Assembly (NCBI RefSeq): GCF_964355755.1
Contig: NC_092671.1
Coordinates: 22,580,070-22,644,069, forward strand
Length of the DNA stretch: 64,000 nucleotides
Direction: 5' to 3'
Source: Antedon mediterranea
Lineage: Eukaryota > Animalia > Echinodermata
Part shown: positions 26,048-40,588 of the stretch, piece by piece
Layout: every line of letters begins with the position of its first letter
Position numbering within the stretch: the first letter of the stretch is position 1
Notes under the pieces: generated by a model
What the model saw: only the letters and a program-made list of their open reading frames with translations
The model's database searches: none
Told to the model about the DNA's origin: nothing
Translations under genes and position numbers: made by a program

Positions 26048-28999
26048 AGATCAACTTTCATATGCACTTTGAGGTCCAGAGAATTTGACTTCAGAAATTG
26101 GTTTAGGGTGGTCAAACAATCATATTTGGCTTGGTTACACATTTTGAAAATGTGGCGAAAGGTCAAAAGGTCAAGGTAAAAGGTCATAAGACCAAACATA
26201 AATATGTCCTTAAATCTCAGCAACCACTTGTCACAACGAGGTAATTTTGGTCTTAAATTAATCAGAAGGTATACATTTATATTCAGTCTAATGGGACATT
26301 TTAGTAAAAAATGACCGGAAATGCCATTTATGACCTTTGACCCACAACCCAGGGCATGTATGTATCTCCGTAACTACTGGTCGTAGACACTTGGATTTGG
26401 TTTTAAATTGTTCGAAATATATGTTTTGTTATTTGTTATACATTTTGAAAAATGTTACAAAAGGTCAAAGGATCAAGGTCAAGGGTTATTTGAACAAATA
26501 AAAAAGGTACTTTTATCTCGGCAACCACTGGCCGCAGCAAGTCAATTTTGGTTTCAAAATGTTCAGAAGGCATGCATTTATATTCCATCTAATGGGGCAT
26601 TTTAGTCAAAAATGATAAGAAATGCCATTTCTGACCTTTGACCCACATACCAGGGCATCTTCATATCTCATAAAGTACAGGTCGTAGAAACTTAAATTTG
26701 GTATCAAATTGTTCGAAATATACATATTTACATTCAATGTAATAGAAAATGTGGTTAAAAGATGAACAGAAATACTCTTACTAATGTCTCAAACAAAAAA
26801 CATATCTACACAACTTATCCTTAGACAGTAATGTTATGCAATAACTGATACTTTAAATTGTTTTAATTTCAAGTACTAGTTATTGCTGTCCCCGAGGACA
26901 TTTTGATAGAAACGTTAAGCTCAACAGTTCTTTTCAGAATGCTAGAAGTAACTTGCCATATGTATCCGATTAAACGCCCCTGGCATTTATTGTTCAAAAT
27001 GGTTTTTAGGGGGAAAGGAGGCATCTTTATTTGGGGTATAATATGGTAACATGTATAATCAAATAAATACCACCTAGATGGGAAAAAATACTGCACAATT
27101 AATATCAAAAAGTGATAAAATTATGTCAAAAAGCTTGGTAAATTGTAGATTATGGTAGTTAATGAAATGTGTTGACGTGATACAATTATTGTGTAAATGC
27201 ATGTGGCATGTTTATTCCACATGGTGTTCTATTTGAGGGAATGGTGGCGTTTATTTGAAGGAATACTCTAATATTAATAATTGTATTTCGTTTCTCAACT
27301 GATAAAAGGTACTTTACATGATTCGTTTTCCTCTTTATGCTTTTTAACGAAATATTTCTGTCTTTTAAAATAAAAGTGATAGATTCCATTAAATGGATCT
27401 TCACCTCCAGGTGCCAGTATAATGATATAAAACAATGACACATCATTATCCTGACACGATTGCACTCATAATGGATCTTCATTCTATCATCTATTTGTTT
27501 GTAACTACAATTTGACAACAATCTTTTGCATAGTTTTAAATGCCAATACATATAGTTTCATTACTATTGTACAATATGTCCAGCTTTCCTGAAAACACCC
27601 TTGTGTACTGTAGTACAGTGTTGTAGTATGATTTTATCATGATAAACTTCTGATGCTTTTATTGTCAATGCATTCAGTACCTAAAACATGTCAAAGTTTC
27701 TAGTGGTATTGATAATAAATCTCCAGAAATATATATTGTTTTATTATCTACACTGGGAACAGACGTGTATATGTATAAGTTTTGTCGTTGACATTCAAAA
27801 CTATTATGCAACAGTGTTACGTAATAATGACAATGACTTGGTCTATTATTGTGGTCTCCGATACCTTTTATTACATGATTGACTTCCTCCAGGATAGAAT
27901 GAGGTTTAATCCCGTTATTAATCTTATTATATAATATATATTTTTTTTATATATATATATCTGGGGTGTATTTATTTGATTATACATGTTACCATTATTA
28001 CACCCAACAAAATAAACGCCTTCCCTGAATAAATAAATGCCCGAGGCTTTTATACGGGTAACTACAGTAAATTACTTCTAGCATTCTCAAAATGTTCGGG
28101 GGTAAACAATAATTTCTAGCATTATTATAAGCAAAAGTAGGCCTACAATTATTACAAACAGTAAAGGATACAGTATAATGAAATCATTAGGCATCAATTA
28201 TTGCATAACATTACTGTCTAATGATAAGTTGGGTAGATATGTTTTTCATTTAAAAGATTAGTAATTAATAGTATTTATGATCATCTTTTATCCAAATTTT
28301 CTGTTAGAATGAATGTAAATATGTGTATTTCTAACAATTTGATACTAAATTTAAGTTTCTACGACCTGTACTTACAGAGATAAGAAGATGCCCTGGTATG
28401 TATGTCAAAGGTCAGAAATGTCATTTCCGGTCATTTTTTACTAAAATGTTTCATTAGACTGAATATGAATGTATAGCTTCTGAACATTTTGAGACCAAAA
28501 TTTACTCGCTGTGACCAGTGGTTGCCGAGATAAAAATACCTATTTGTGTTTATTCATATAACCCCTGGCCTTGACCTTTTGACCTTTTGTAACATTGTTC
28601 AAAATGTGTAACAAATAACTAAATGTATATTTCGAACAATTTGAGCCCAAATTCAAGTCTCTACGGCCAATAGTTACGGAGATACAGACATGCCCTGGTT
28701 TATGGGTCAAAGGTCAGAAATGGCATTTCCGGTCATTTTCGACTAAAATGTTTCATTAGACTGAATATGAATGTATACCTTCTGATCAATTTGAGACCAA
28801 AATTACCTCGCTGTGACCAGTGGTTGTCGAGATTTAAGGACATAATGGTGTTTGATCTTATAACCTTTGACCCTGACCTTTTGACCTTTCGCCACATTTT
28901 CAAAATGTGTAACCAAGCCAAAAATGATTGTTTGACCACCCTAAACCAATTTCTGAAGTCAAATTCTCTGGACCTCAAAGTGCATATGAAAGTTGATCT
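26048..28999. repeat. Long imperfect inverted repeat, arms ~26048-27079 and ~27959-28999, spacer ~880 bp
   Basis: Collinear reverse-complement matches along the arms; mirrored ORFs 26032-26223 and 28767-29075. Confidence 0.85.
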
Positions 29000-29004
29000 G
29001 ATTA

Positions 29005-32000
29005 CATTGTCTGTAAAAATCAAAGATTTGGTGGCAGATGTAAAAAAATGGATTTCTCTCAAATTTTTACCATGAATAGACATTTCAATAAAAAGCATAT
29101 CTACAACATTCATTTTAATTTTTAGCCTCCGTTGCCATGACAACGGTCAATTATCCAAATTTTGATGTTTTTTCCATTTTTCACAGATTTTCTATAGTGA
29201 AAAAGTACAAACTTGTATACTTATTTTAACCAAAAATACTTACAGTATACAGTTTTTGTTTATAGCAGTGTAAACAACATGTATTGAGTTCCATTTAATG
29301 TAGAAAAAAAAACAATTACAAAATGGAGTTTGGTTGATACCATTATTTTAAAAAGAGTTGTTTAAAAAAAAATTTTATTTTTTTTATAAAAGTATACCTC
29401 ATAAACGTACCCATAACTTCCAAAGTGGTGTTTTTAAATCAATGAGGTTTTTTAATTTGATAGTCAATAGGTTTTTCAACAATAATCACGAAAAAAACAC
29501 TGGGTTAAATTTCATACATAGGTTTTGTGTTGGCAGGAAAATACGAAAAATACAAAATATCAACAAACAAAACACATGAAACACAATTTAAATATGGCTA
29601 ATCCAATAATAAAACGTATATGTGGCTTGTCATAATGCTACTAGAGTCATACGAATAGTTTAGATAAAATAGGAGAATGTGTTTCCAGGTTTATTTCAAT
29701 TAATTGCCAGAAAAACAGTATTTTGCATTGAAATATTTAGTTGATGGAAAATAATGTTAAACTTTGAAATAATTGCGTCAATGGTTTTTATAATATAATT
29801 CTATTTTGTGTAAAGAGGTACAGAAAGACCTCCCAAAAAATCTGACCTTGTAAATAGGTCATTTGAGGTCAAAAGGGGTCAGAATGCAAAACAGGACAGG
29901 TCCCCACTTACTACAACTATTAATGTTTGATCAAAATTTACAAGATAGTTCATAAAAATTCTCAACAATTTTCATTTTTTGCCTATAGTGTTACCTTAGC
30001 AACCATTTCTATGTGTAACTAAGGAAAGTAATTTTTAAAAAAACGTAAAAAATGGTGTTTTAAATAAATACAAAACATTTTTTCTACATAGTTTTACATT
30101 TGCTTTAAATACTGAATCCTAATAATCTCGGAAAGAAAGTCTTGAAAAATTTGAATAAAGGTAAAAAATTGACCTTTAGTGTTATCTTAAACCTTTTTAC
30201 GTAACTAAGGATATTTAAAAAAAAATTAAATATGGAGTTTTCATGAAGAAAAAAAAATTTACATATTGAGGTCAAATGATATCAACATTTTACCTATAGT
30301 GTATTGTAGCAACTGTTTCTATACTAACTAAGTACAATATTTTTAATATGGGTTTCATGACTACAAACAATTGATTACATAGCTTTACTACTTTTTCCCA
30401 AATTTACTTATCTAAATCCCAGAAAATGTCTGACCTTGTGAAAGGGTCATTTGTTGGGTCAAGTTATGTCAAAATGTATTATTTATGTTATCTTAGAACC
30501 GGTTTCTATGCGTAACTAAAGATAATTTGTTTTTTTAATACAGTTGAACCTCCCGTAAGTGGCCACCCTCGGGACCTGGAAAAGTGGCCGCTTACGGGCG
30601 GTGACCCCTTACGGGAGGTTCTGCCGATAAAGGGCCAAAATCACGTATTATGGCTATATACGATATTCTTAACGAAACGAGCCTCTCAATTTTCCAGCTA
30701 ATTGTAGGCCTATTATTATTTATAATCAGGTGGTTTAGTATTTTTTAGCATTTTCAGACAAATTTTAAAAGCTTTATCATATGAAAAATGGTCGGTCAAA
30801 ATCTGTGTAGTTTTCTCATCTCTTCACAGTAATGTTTTTAAAACCTCTTCAAAATAAAGCTAATATATAAAGAAATACAATAAACATGCACCTCTAATTC
30901 ATAGGTCCATGCAATAAGTATCACATTTTTCGATTGGCCGCTTACAAAAAATCTTATTTTTAGTATAAAAAGGTGCCCGCAGCTGCTTACGGTAAGCACC
31001 AAATGCACTAATTAGATAGGAAGAACAAACAGTCTTTTCCAAAGGGCGTCCGTTAAGGGAGGTGGCCGCTTACGGGAGGTGCCCGCTGTAAATAAAATAT
31101 GGGGTTTTCATGAATAAAAATAATCACAGAAGAAAGTGCTTACGAATATGACCTTGTGAAACGGTAATTTGAAAATGCAAATAAGGCATGCCTGCTAATA
31201 ATCTACAAATTTAAATTTGTATAAGATAAATATGCAAAATCTAAAGAATATCTCAATTTTAGTTACCATAGTAACTGTTGCTATGCATAACTAAGGGAAA
31301 TTAAATAATTATCAGATAATTATTAATTAATAATTAATACTGAATCCAACCATAAAAATATAGAATTTAAAACCAATATTTAATAATAAAAATGAAATTT
31401 CACATCAGGGCCGGGCTTTAATATTTGTTATGTAGCATTAACATACCTGAGTATATCATTGACTTTTGATTGGTTCTATTTTGGGGAGGGGAAAGTGGTG
31501 GATCCAGGACTTTGAAATAGTTAGGGGCGAGGGTCAAAAAACTTAACTTTATGTCCTATCTTTTGCATTGCAATTTTTAACTTGGGGTGGGAGAAAGGGG
31601 GAGGGGATGGGATGGAGGAGTTTGAATCCATCTATTCATTGGGGCGATGGTAGCGGCAGTGTGGGTGGTGCTTGAATGCATGCATTTGACACTCTATAGT
31701 GGATGATCGACCAAAGTGTTGCAGTTTATCTTTTTGTGGTTATAGTCAGGGTGGGGGAGGGGGGTGGTAGTCAAAAGTGGTGGTGGATGCTTAGATTAGC
31801 AAATAAAAGAAGTAAACAAATGAAAGAGGAGCTTCAAAATAACAGAGGAGTAATCTGTTGCAACGATTAAAATTCACAACGATCTGATAATTTATTCAAA
31901 TTTCCAGAGGATATCACCTATAAAATGACATTAAAACTGGGAATTACAGAATCTATAATAAATTTTTTTTTCTCACAACACAACTAGTTAGAACTATATA

Positions 32001-32652
32001 AAACATTAAGAATTTTTCTGACCAATGAGTTTCAAATCAAATAATCAAAGAAAATAAAATATTTTTACTGATATACCATGTTTTTTTAAAAATAAAAATG
32101 CCTATGTTTCTCGCAACACTGCTTGTAGATTTTAAAATTACCCCAGTATTTTATTTTAGAAATCAATCAATTAAACATTAGAACTACCTATTTGTAATAA
32201 ATCTGTTAAAAAAATATACCACTTTGGGCGTTATGGTGAAGTAAAGTTTAGTTGCATTGAACAATTTAAAAAAAGTGAAAAACACCCCTTTTTAAATAAA
32301 TGGTATCTCCCAAAGTATGAAATAAAAAATAAAATAAAAAATATGAAACAGGTACACAATGTATTGTTATTATGCATACACTAATTATTTATTTTATGAT
32401 TAAATGAACAAAACAAAAATATCGTTCATCAAAGTAGTACCAATATCCATTTTAAAAAACCTTAAAAAAGGACAAAATTTGTCAAAAACACAAATTTGGT
32501 CGTTGCCATGGAAATATACGTGTGAAATAAAAACTACTTCATATCTGATTTCTCTCAACACATATATAGCCATGTGCAAAATTTGAAAGAAATCCATTTT
32601 TTTAGTCTGCCACTCTTTTTGATATTTCTTTGATTCTTACAGACAATGGCTC
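29005..32652. mobile_element. Non-autonomous DNA transposon with long imperfect TIRs, right end flanked by TTAA (Kolobok-like)
   Basis: CATTGTCTGTAAAAATCAAAGA..GTGGCAGA..AAAAAAATGGATTTCT is inverted at 32590-32648; further inverted blocks 29130/32500, 29335/32290, 29412/32220; left tip missing. Confidence 0.75.
30541..31088. mobile_element. Tc1/mariner (pogo-like) MITE
   Basis: TA TSD; CAGTTGAACCTCCCGTAAGTGGCCACC / GGTGGCCGCTTACGGGAGGTGCCCGCTG. Confidence 0.85.
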
Positions 32653-32794
32653 TTAAATCTTATATAAATATGGATATTCTGAACAATTTATGACAAAAAT
32701 AAAGTCTTTATGACCAGGGGTTACCGAGATATGTCAAAGGTCAAAAGTGATATTTCCCGCCAAATTTCAAAAATATGTTTCATTAAAGCTAAGT

Positions 32795-33828
32795 TTATTT
32801 ATTCTATTTTATTTATTCATTTCCCAACCAACAGTGAACTCATGGTTCACCACTAACTTACAGGAGGGAACACAGACAAATACGAACATCAATAAAAAAC
32901 ATTAAACCAAACTACTAACAATGTTACGAAACTTACGGAAATTATTACTAAAGATATCTAACTCAGGGTTTCTTAAAGTAAAAGAATTATAAGGTTGACT
33001 TAATCTACTAATAAAACCATTTTTTAAAACATTTACTCTACTAAAAGGAATATGAAAAGTAGGATTTCTTCTAAGACGACGACTAGGGACTCTAAGATAA
33101 AAATTACTAACTAAGTTACAGTCAAATAAAGAATTAACACATTTATACGAAAAAAACAAGATCAAAAAAGGTTCTACGGGACTCAGGAGATCGGACATGG
33201 AAATGAAAATCAGGATTCTGGTTGTGGCTGATGTAGCGTAAAAAACGGTTATGCAGACGCTGAATGCGCATAGACTGAGTTTTCGTAATAGAAATAAAAA
33301 TAACAGAACTAAAGTTGAGAATTGGATGGATAATTGAATAATAAAGGTGGATTTTGGTTTGCATGTCAAAATGTTTACAATTACGCCACATCAGCCCAAG
33401 CAGTCTATTGCACTTGCCAACAAGATAATCAATATGAAAAGAAAAACAAAGGAAACTATCAATAAAAACACCAAGATCTTTTTGTGATTGCACCCTATTA
33501 ATGGGATTGTCATTAATTAAATAATTATGAAATAAAATGTTCTTTTTCAAAGTAATAGTTAAGATATTGCACTTTACTGGATTGAGGGACATACCCCATA
33601 AAGCTGCCCAAGAACATAATTTGTCCAAGTCCACCTGAAGCCTGTCAGCATCCCCAACACTACCAATAATTTTGTATGGCTTAACATCATCAGCAAACAT
33701 AAGACATCTGGAGTGGGTAAAGAGTTTTGGGATATCATTGACAAAAAGATTGAAAAGGAGAGGACCAAGAATCGATCCCTGAAGGACACCGGAATGAATA
33801 GGAAGCCATTCAGAGGATATACCCTCAA
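32795..33828 (-). mobile_element. 3' part of a CR1/jockey-group LINE (RT C-terminal half), frameshifted
   Basis: GVLQGSILGPLLF, FADD, LQVDLDKLCSW, KDLGVFIDS; A-rich tail near 32795-32820. Confidence 0.9.
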
Positions 33829-34235
33829 TGAAAAAAAAATAAGGATTTCACCAATTTTTCTTTATTTACGTTTAATAAAATTTCAAATTGCACAAATTGT
33901 TCTGAAATTGCGCATAACAAACAATTGATTAATAAGCTAGCATTCATACTATTATTAATGATTACAATATGAACATTTGGATAATAAATAGGAACACATT
34001 GTAGGCATACACCCAATATGATGATGCACGTACGTGGGCGCGTATGTTCATTCGTGCGTCAAAATTCAATAAACATGTCCGATATGCGAGGACATATATT
34101 ATTAGGTGTAATAAGATTGTTTGGTTGGATTGTTTGGTTGAATCATTGAGGTATTAATTAATGTTAACTCTATGGTTGAATCACGCGTAGATTTCTTCAG
34201 TGTATGCATTTGATTAGGCGACAGCATCTGAAACC

Positions 34236-34420
34236 AATGTTCATCTTGTTTTTAAGGCTTCTAATATTTTGGTAATAGAATGTTGGATTATTGCTGTTAT
34301 TGCTTGTGTTTGTGTTATCACTAGCCCTGTCCTTGTTTTCCTCTGCAGGGCCTGGATTTTGTTCCAGCTGAAAACTTGATGAACAATAATAGCTTGAATA
34401 GTAAGGAACCTTAGCTAGAT
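34236..34420 (-). mobile_element. 5' end of a LINE ORF2: 2A-like motif followed by the start of the APE domain
   Basis: Manual translation SSFQLEQNPGPAEENKDRASDNTNTSNNSNNPTFYYQNIRSLKNKMN. Confidence 0.75.
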
Positions 34421-34899
34421 AGGCAAATGCTAAAATAGACCACCTGTGGGCCTAGTAAACAAGGTACTGAACTGAATCCATTGCCTTAGTCGATCCCGGG
34501 CTACAGTGCACTCCACACCGTGCGAGCACTCGTAACATAATGCGGAAGTTGAGTTTGAACGAAAACCTTTCATTATAGAACAATTTAAGACAAAATCAGA
34601 CCTCTATGATCACTCTTTCTCAAGTACTGTCTATATTTAGGATTTTGATAAATCCAAGATGGCCACCAAAATGGCCCCCAAAAAACCCCATGGGACAATA
34701 TTTTGTCTTGGGAACATCAACAAATGTTAATTACATATATTCAGGATTACAAAAATGTACATTAAAAAATCATGGGGTGCACGGTAACCCCTCCTTCCTA
34801 CCCTACTAAATAGTATAATAGGCTGTTGACAATATGCCTCGTTCACTTGGAATCCACACCTGACTGATTCGCGTATGTAATACCTGTGTATTGTTGTTA

Positions 34900-37800
34900 G
34901 TGTCTTTAGCGTGTACGAAACATAACACGCACGTAGGGTCATGCGCGTGAAATCGCGCGTTAAAAATTTTAAAAGCTCAAAATTACGTATTGATCAATTT
35001 AGAGCATGAATTAGGCCATTTGCATGTTTTAAAAAATTACTGCGCAAAAACACGTTTTTGCGCGTGCGTACATAGAAAGCGTAAAAAATACAAAATGTTT
35101 GTACAAATTGCATTCTACTCATCTTCCTTGGTACATTAACCAAATTTGAGTCCATTTCGACTTAAAATAATGCTACGTGTATACGAGCAAGTTAAAAATG
35201 ACAAAATGCGCACATTAATTGTACAAAAGTGCTAAAAATGGTAAAAAATAAGGCCTTTTTAAAATGAATATAACTCTTCAGAACTTATTATGGCAGCCAA
35301 TGAGTTGTAGATATAAATGTATATATACATTAGACGTACAAAATGGTATGGCGTCATCATTTGGCGTCATCAATTTCTAAAATAGGGTTTTTTACCCTTT
35401 TGTCATAGACCACCATATTCAACAGAGCGCAACTCGCTTATCTGTGATCGATTTTCTTTTAATTTTTAATATATTCTACCCCAATCAATTATGTTACTTA
35501 TGAGTTGCCAAGATTTTCATTTTGATGACATCATCACGTCTTAAAATTTAAATAACGGTGGGTACGTAATTTCACCTACAAGGTAAATTTGAATACCTTA
35601 CAGCTCTTCTGAATTAAAGTTGACCTTGATGTTTATAACTTATTATGAGAGCTTGTGCAATGTAGATATGTATTCATATAAAAATTAAGCCTATCGGATG
35701 TTGTGACGTTATCATATGGCCAGTTGAAGTTAAAAAGTAGTTTTTTCATCTCTTTCGTAAAAATTATACAATTTTTAAAGAGCGCGCACCGCCCTTCTAC
35801 GTGCCAAATTTTCTTCGAATTGTTATATTTTATTGCTCAATTCATTATCTTTCGATATTGTTATCCACAAGTTTATTTTGATAATGTCATCAGTGCCGAA
35901 AAATTAGAACATGATGTGTGTCCGTAATTTCACCAATGCTACACTGTATATAGATATACAGTATATACTGTACATAATGTATGGCATATAACAGGCACAA
36001 CTCAGCATACATCAACATTTTCCGATTGTATGTTAACATACGTGCATGTTTAAAAAATATGAATATCAATAAAATAATAAAATGATCACCTATAATTCGT
36101 CAAATTGACGAATTAAATTCTAGTTATTATTATTATTAAATATTATAAGATTGTATAACTTTGTCATAAGATTGACCTGTAGCTATAGAAACTATTTATG
36201 ACTTTAGAGTTATGCGTGATTTTATGAATTTGATTGATCATAGATTATAAACTAAAAATAATTTTGTATTGACAAATTTAAGTCATATCAAGGGCAAACT
36301 TTCTATGGATTAAAAATGATTTTGAAAAAACGCGCGTTTAAAAATTCATCAACTTGTGCAGTACGCACAGAGTAATACAGAATTCATATATGTAAAAATG
36401 TTACTTATGAACTGTAACGACATTTACAAGTTAAATAATACGATTTTATGTAATATGAGATAATATGAATGTGAATAAAAGTGGTGTTTGCGCCACAAAA
36501 GAGAAAAAAAAAACTTGTGCAGTACGCACGTATAACGCTAAAAACATGTTTTTTTTGCGTGATTTATGTTTTTCCAGCCTTTTATAGTAATTTTACCAAT
36601 TTTTTAACAATTTCGACTTAAAATCACGTCATACAAGCACATCGAATTGGACAAAATTTGTGAGCGTTTTTTATGAAAAAGTTCAAAAATTTGTCAAAAT
36701 TATGCCTTTTTTTAATCTATTATAGCTCTTCAGGATCGAAGGTATTTAAATTTATTATGCAAGAAGATAAATTGTAGATATGAATTCGTGCAGAATTTTT
36801 ATCTCTCGGATGTTTATGACGTCATCGTATGGCCACACGAATGTAAAATATAAGATTTTTGTCTCTTTTGTTATTGCTCATCACATTCAACAGAGCGAAT
36901 CTTGCTTATACGTATTCCATTTCCCCCCGAGATTTTAATATTGTCTAGGTCAATCAACTATATTTCACAGGAGTTACGGTAAACATATTTTATTTTTTAT
37001 GACGTCATCATGTCTAAAAATGTAAATAATGTGCGTCACTTATTTTCATCTTTACAGTAAATTTCAATCTGTTATAGCTCGTCAGAATAAAAAGTGATAA
37101 TCATGATTAAACGTTTTCTGGAAGCTATTGGATTGTAATACGAATTCATGTGAATATTTTGCCAATCAGATGTTCTGACGTCATCATATGTTGAATAGAA
37201 AAAGTTGTATTTTCATATTTTGCGTCATAGTTCATCACATTTAAACGAGAGCACATCTCACTTTTACGTGCTAAAAATTCTTAAAATAATAATAATGTAA
37301 TTATTTAGATAATTATCTTCTAAAATTGTTATCTTTATATGTCAATTTGATGACGTCATCGTGTTAATAAATGGATTTAAAAGATGGGTCTCGTAATTTC
37401 GTCTATGCTACACTGTATAACATATGTACAGTTTATTCTGTAAATACTGTAATATGCTGTATGCTACATAATAGGTACAATTCAGCACTGTAAACATATT
37501 TATTTCATGTCATAGGATAGCATAATAATTGTCGAGGTTCATATGGTTAAATATGTGCATGTTGCGTTTGTGCGGATAACCCGAACTCGTCAAAGTGACG
37601 AGTTCAAATCTAGTTAGGTGATCATTTAGAATAAAATGATCACCTATTGTTATTGTATCAAATCTTTATTATTGTTATTAGGTAATCATTTTATTCTAAA
37701 TGATCACCTATTGTTATTGTATAAAATCTTTATTAGGTGATCATTTAGAATAAAATGATCACCTATTGTTATTGTATAAAATCTAACAACTAAGTTGCGG

Positions 37801-39690
37801 AAATCCAATAAAGATTTTGTGACTGTAAGTATCTTTTTTTTTCATCTTCTTTGTTATTCTTCTTTCTTTCCCGGATTTTTGTGACCAGCATATCCCTATT
37901 GCTTGTGAACATAACTTTGTATAACTTGGTAAAAAGATTGACATTGAAGTGTAGATGTGCAGCCAAGCTTTTGGACGATGTCAGATCCGCGTTGCGTAAG
38001 TTACGCGAGATTTTATGAATTTCTATAATCATATGATCATAAATTTAGAACCAACAAATATTGTTTCATAAAACTTAATAAAATTATAATTCATATCATG
38101 GGTCAACTTCCTATGGATTAAAAATGGCATGTTTTACAAGAAGTTACACACGCACACGCATTTAAAGTTTCAAAATGCGCAAATTAATTTCTAATTAACT
38201 TTCGCTGATCATGACATTTTGAGCATGTCAAAAATTCCTGCGTGCGCGAAACATTGTACATATGTATGGTGCGCACGGAGTAAGAAAATCATGTTTTTTT
38301 CTCATGAATTGTGATTTTCTAGCCTTTCCTAGTCATTTTACAAGATAGACATCATTTCAAATTAAAATGACGCATACGAACACGTTGATTTAGACCATTT
38401 GCGTGCGTTTTAGTTGCGAAAGTTACAAAATATTGTCAAACTTATGCCTATTTTGAATCTATAGCTCTTCAGGATCGAAAATGACCCCCATTTTTTTTAA
38501 CTTATTATGCCAGAAGATAAATTGTAGATGAATTCATGCAGAATTTTTACCTCTCGGATTTTATGACGTCATCGTATGGCCTCACGAATGTAAAATATAG
38601 GATTTTTGTCTGTTTCGTTATTGCTCATCACATTCAACAGAGCGCATCTCGCTTATACATATTCCATTTCCCCCTGAGATTTTAATATTGTCTAGGTCAA
38701 TCAACTACCTTTCGCATGAGTTAAAAATATTTTAATTTTTATGACGTCATCATGTCTAAAAATGTAAATAACGTGGGTTACTTATTTTCATCTTTACAGT
38801 AAATTTCAATCTGTTATATCCTGTCAGAATAAAAAATGATAATCATGATTAAAACGTTTTATGGAAGCTGTTGAATTGATACGAATTCATGTACAAATTA
38901 TGTGCATCGGATGTTTTAACGTCATCATATGGCCAGTTCAATTATAAAAGTCGTAATTCTAAATTTTTCATCATAGTTAATGACATTTAAAAGAGCGTGC
39001 ATCTATATTCTACGTATTCTAATTTCTTCAACACGTTGATATGTTTGTTGCTCAGATAATTTCCTTCCAAAATTGCTATATACGTGTTTCATTTTGATGA
39101 CATCATCATGTTAAAAATTGGATTAAAAGATGGGTCTCGTAACATCATCTATGCTACACTGTATATAACATATAAAGTGCATTTTGTAAATCATAGGATG
39201 GCATAATAATTGTTGACGTTCATAAAGTTTAACATATGTGCACGTTGCGTGTCCGCGGATAGTTCAAATCTAGTGCTTCTTCTTGTTTCTGTACACTATT
39301 TTGTGTAACAAATATCTCAAAAAGTTAAATGTCAATGATCACAAAAATTTCACAATATCTTTCAAATACTGTCCTAATAAGCTTTTCAGCATGATCACTC
39401 ATCTGCGACGTCATTTATACGCCATTTTGTGAAATCACATTATCAATCATATCTCCATAATTCATTATCACATATTAATGAAATTCACTACACGTAAACT
39501 TCAGGTCAAGGGTAAAAATATTAGCAAATAAAAACGCAAGTGCACGTAGGGTTATGCGCGTGAAAAATTTAAAAAGCTCAAAATTACGTTAAAAAAATGT
39601 CTGCGCAAAAACATGTTTTTGTGCGTGCGTACATAGAAAGCGTAAAAAAATAAAAAATGTTTGTACAAATTGCATTCTACTCATTTTTGT
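34900..39690 (+). mobile_element. Tandem/nested array of Helentron-associated (HINE/DINE-1-like) elements, + orientation
   Basis: 3' ends with hairpin AACTCGTCAAAGTGACGAGTT...CTAGT (36123, 37614; partial at 39274); 5' subTIR palindrome TAGGTGATCATTT..AAATGATCACCTA + (TAT)n at 37615-37770; ~1.2-1.6-kb bodies repeated. Confidence 0.8.
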
Positions 39691-39992
39691 GTCGGACACA
39701 TTGCGTCAAGATTTTGTGACTCAGCTTTTCATATCTCCAAAGGTCACTTCCGGTAACAAGTGATTGTCGGTTACAAAGATACTGTACAATCATATCAAGT
39801 TGTAAGCGGCCATTTAAAATATATACTCTACCTCTTCAAGTTCGCACACAATTCAGGATAGTAAGAACACAAAATTCTATTATGTACGCACATATTAATG
39901 TTTAACTAATTATTGATTGTTTGCAAAAATAAAAAAAAATGTAAAACTATTAAATTTCATATCTGGACAAGTAAAATTAAATGACTACATAC

Positions 39993-40232
39993 CGACAGCA
40001 AGTCCACTAGCTAGCATATCACTATCCATCATAATTAACTCCTGGCCATCGATGCAATTTTCTTTGAACGTTTTGGAGTATTGACTTAGGCCAAGTAGTT
40101 GAAGCCATTCACAAACATCTTGTACCGACCAATCTTTTAAAGCGGTAGACTCCAAACGCTGATTGTCTATTTCACCATCTTTTGATCTTGAAATTAATGG
40201 TTGAGTTATGTTATATGCAATTGACCTACCAC
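39993..40232 (-). CDS. WDSUB1: Host gene exon encoding a linker and most of a SAM domain (240 nt, phase 1-1)
   Basis: Acceptor TTTTGTATTTACAG, donor GTATGT; open frame GRSIAYN...LKDWSVQDVCEWLQLLGLSQYSKTFKENCIDGQELIMMDSDMLASGLAV; in phase with the WD40 exon. Confidence 0.85.
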
Positions 40233-40588
40233 CTGTAAATACAAAATATTATTTATTTAGTACATTTTTTTTGCAATGATAATGTAGAAAATATCTAAAG
40301 ACTTACTAAATAACTATGCTTATGATGACAAATAGACATTATATGTGCTTCAGATACACAATATTTAATTGATTATTGGAAATCGATAAATATTCTTAAA
40401 ATTATAGATAGGTGGATTTAGCTGAAAATACCTTTTAAATAAAATTGCAAAAGTTTGTTTTATTGTCCAAAATCCACCCTGGTCTGCCCAGTATAAAAAA
40501 AAAAAATTAGTAATTGTGGAACATGCAAGCGAAATCAGACATAAGTTAAAGTTTTCAAAATTACAATTTTCACAAATACAAAAACTAC

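Noticed and set aside
28733-29143. Paralogous ORF pairs (25940/28733, 26032/28767, 16180/34606)
   Set aside because: Copies of non-coding interspersed repeats with no protein motifs
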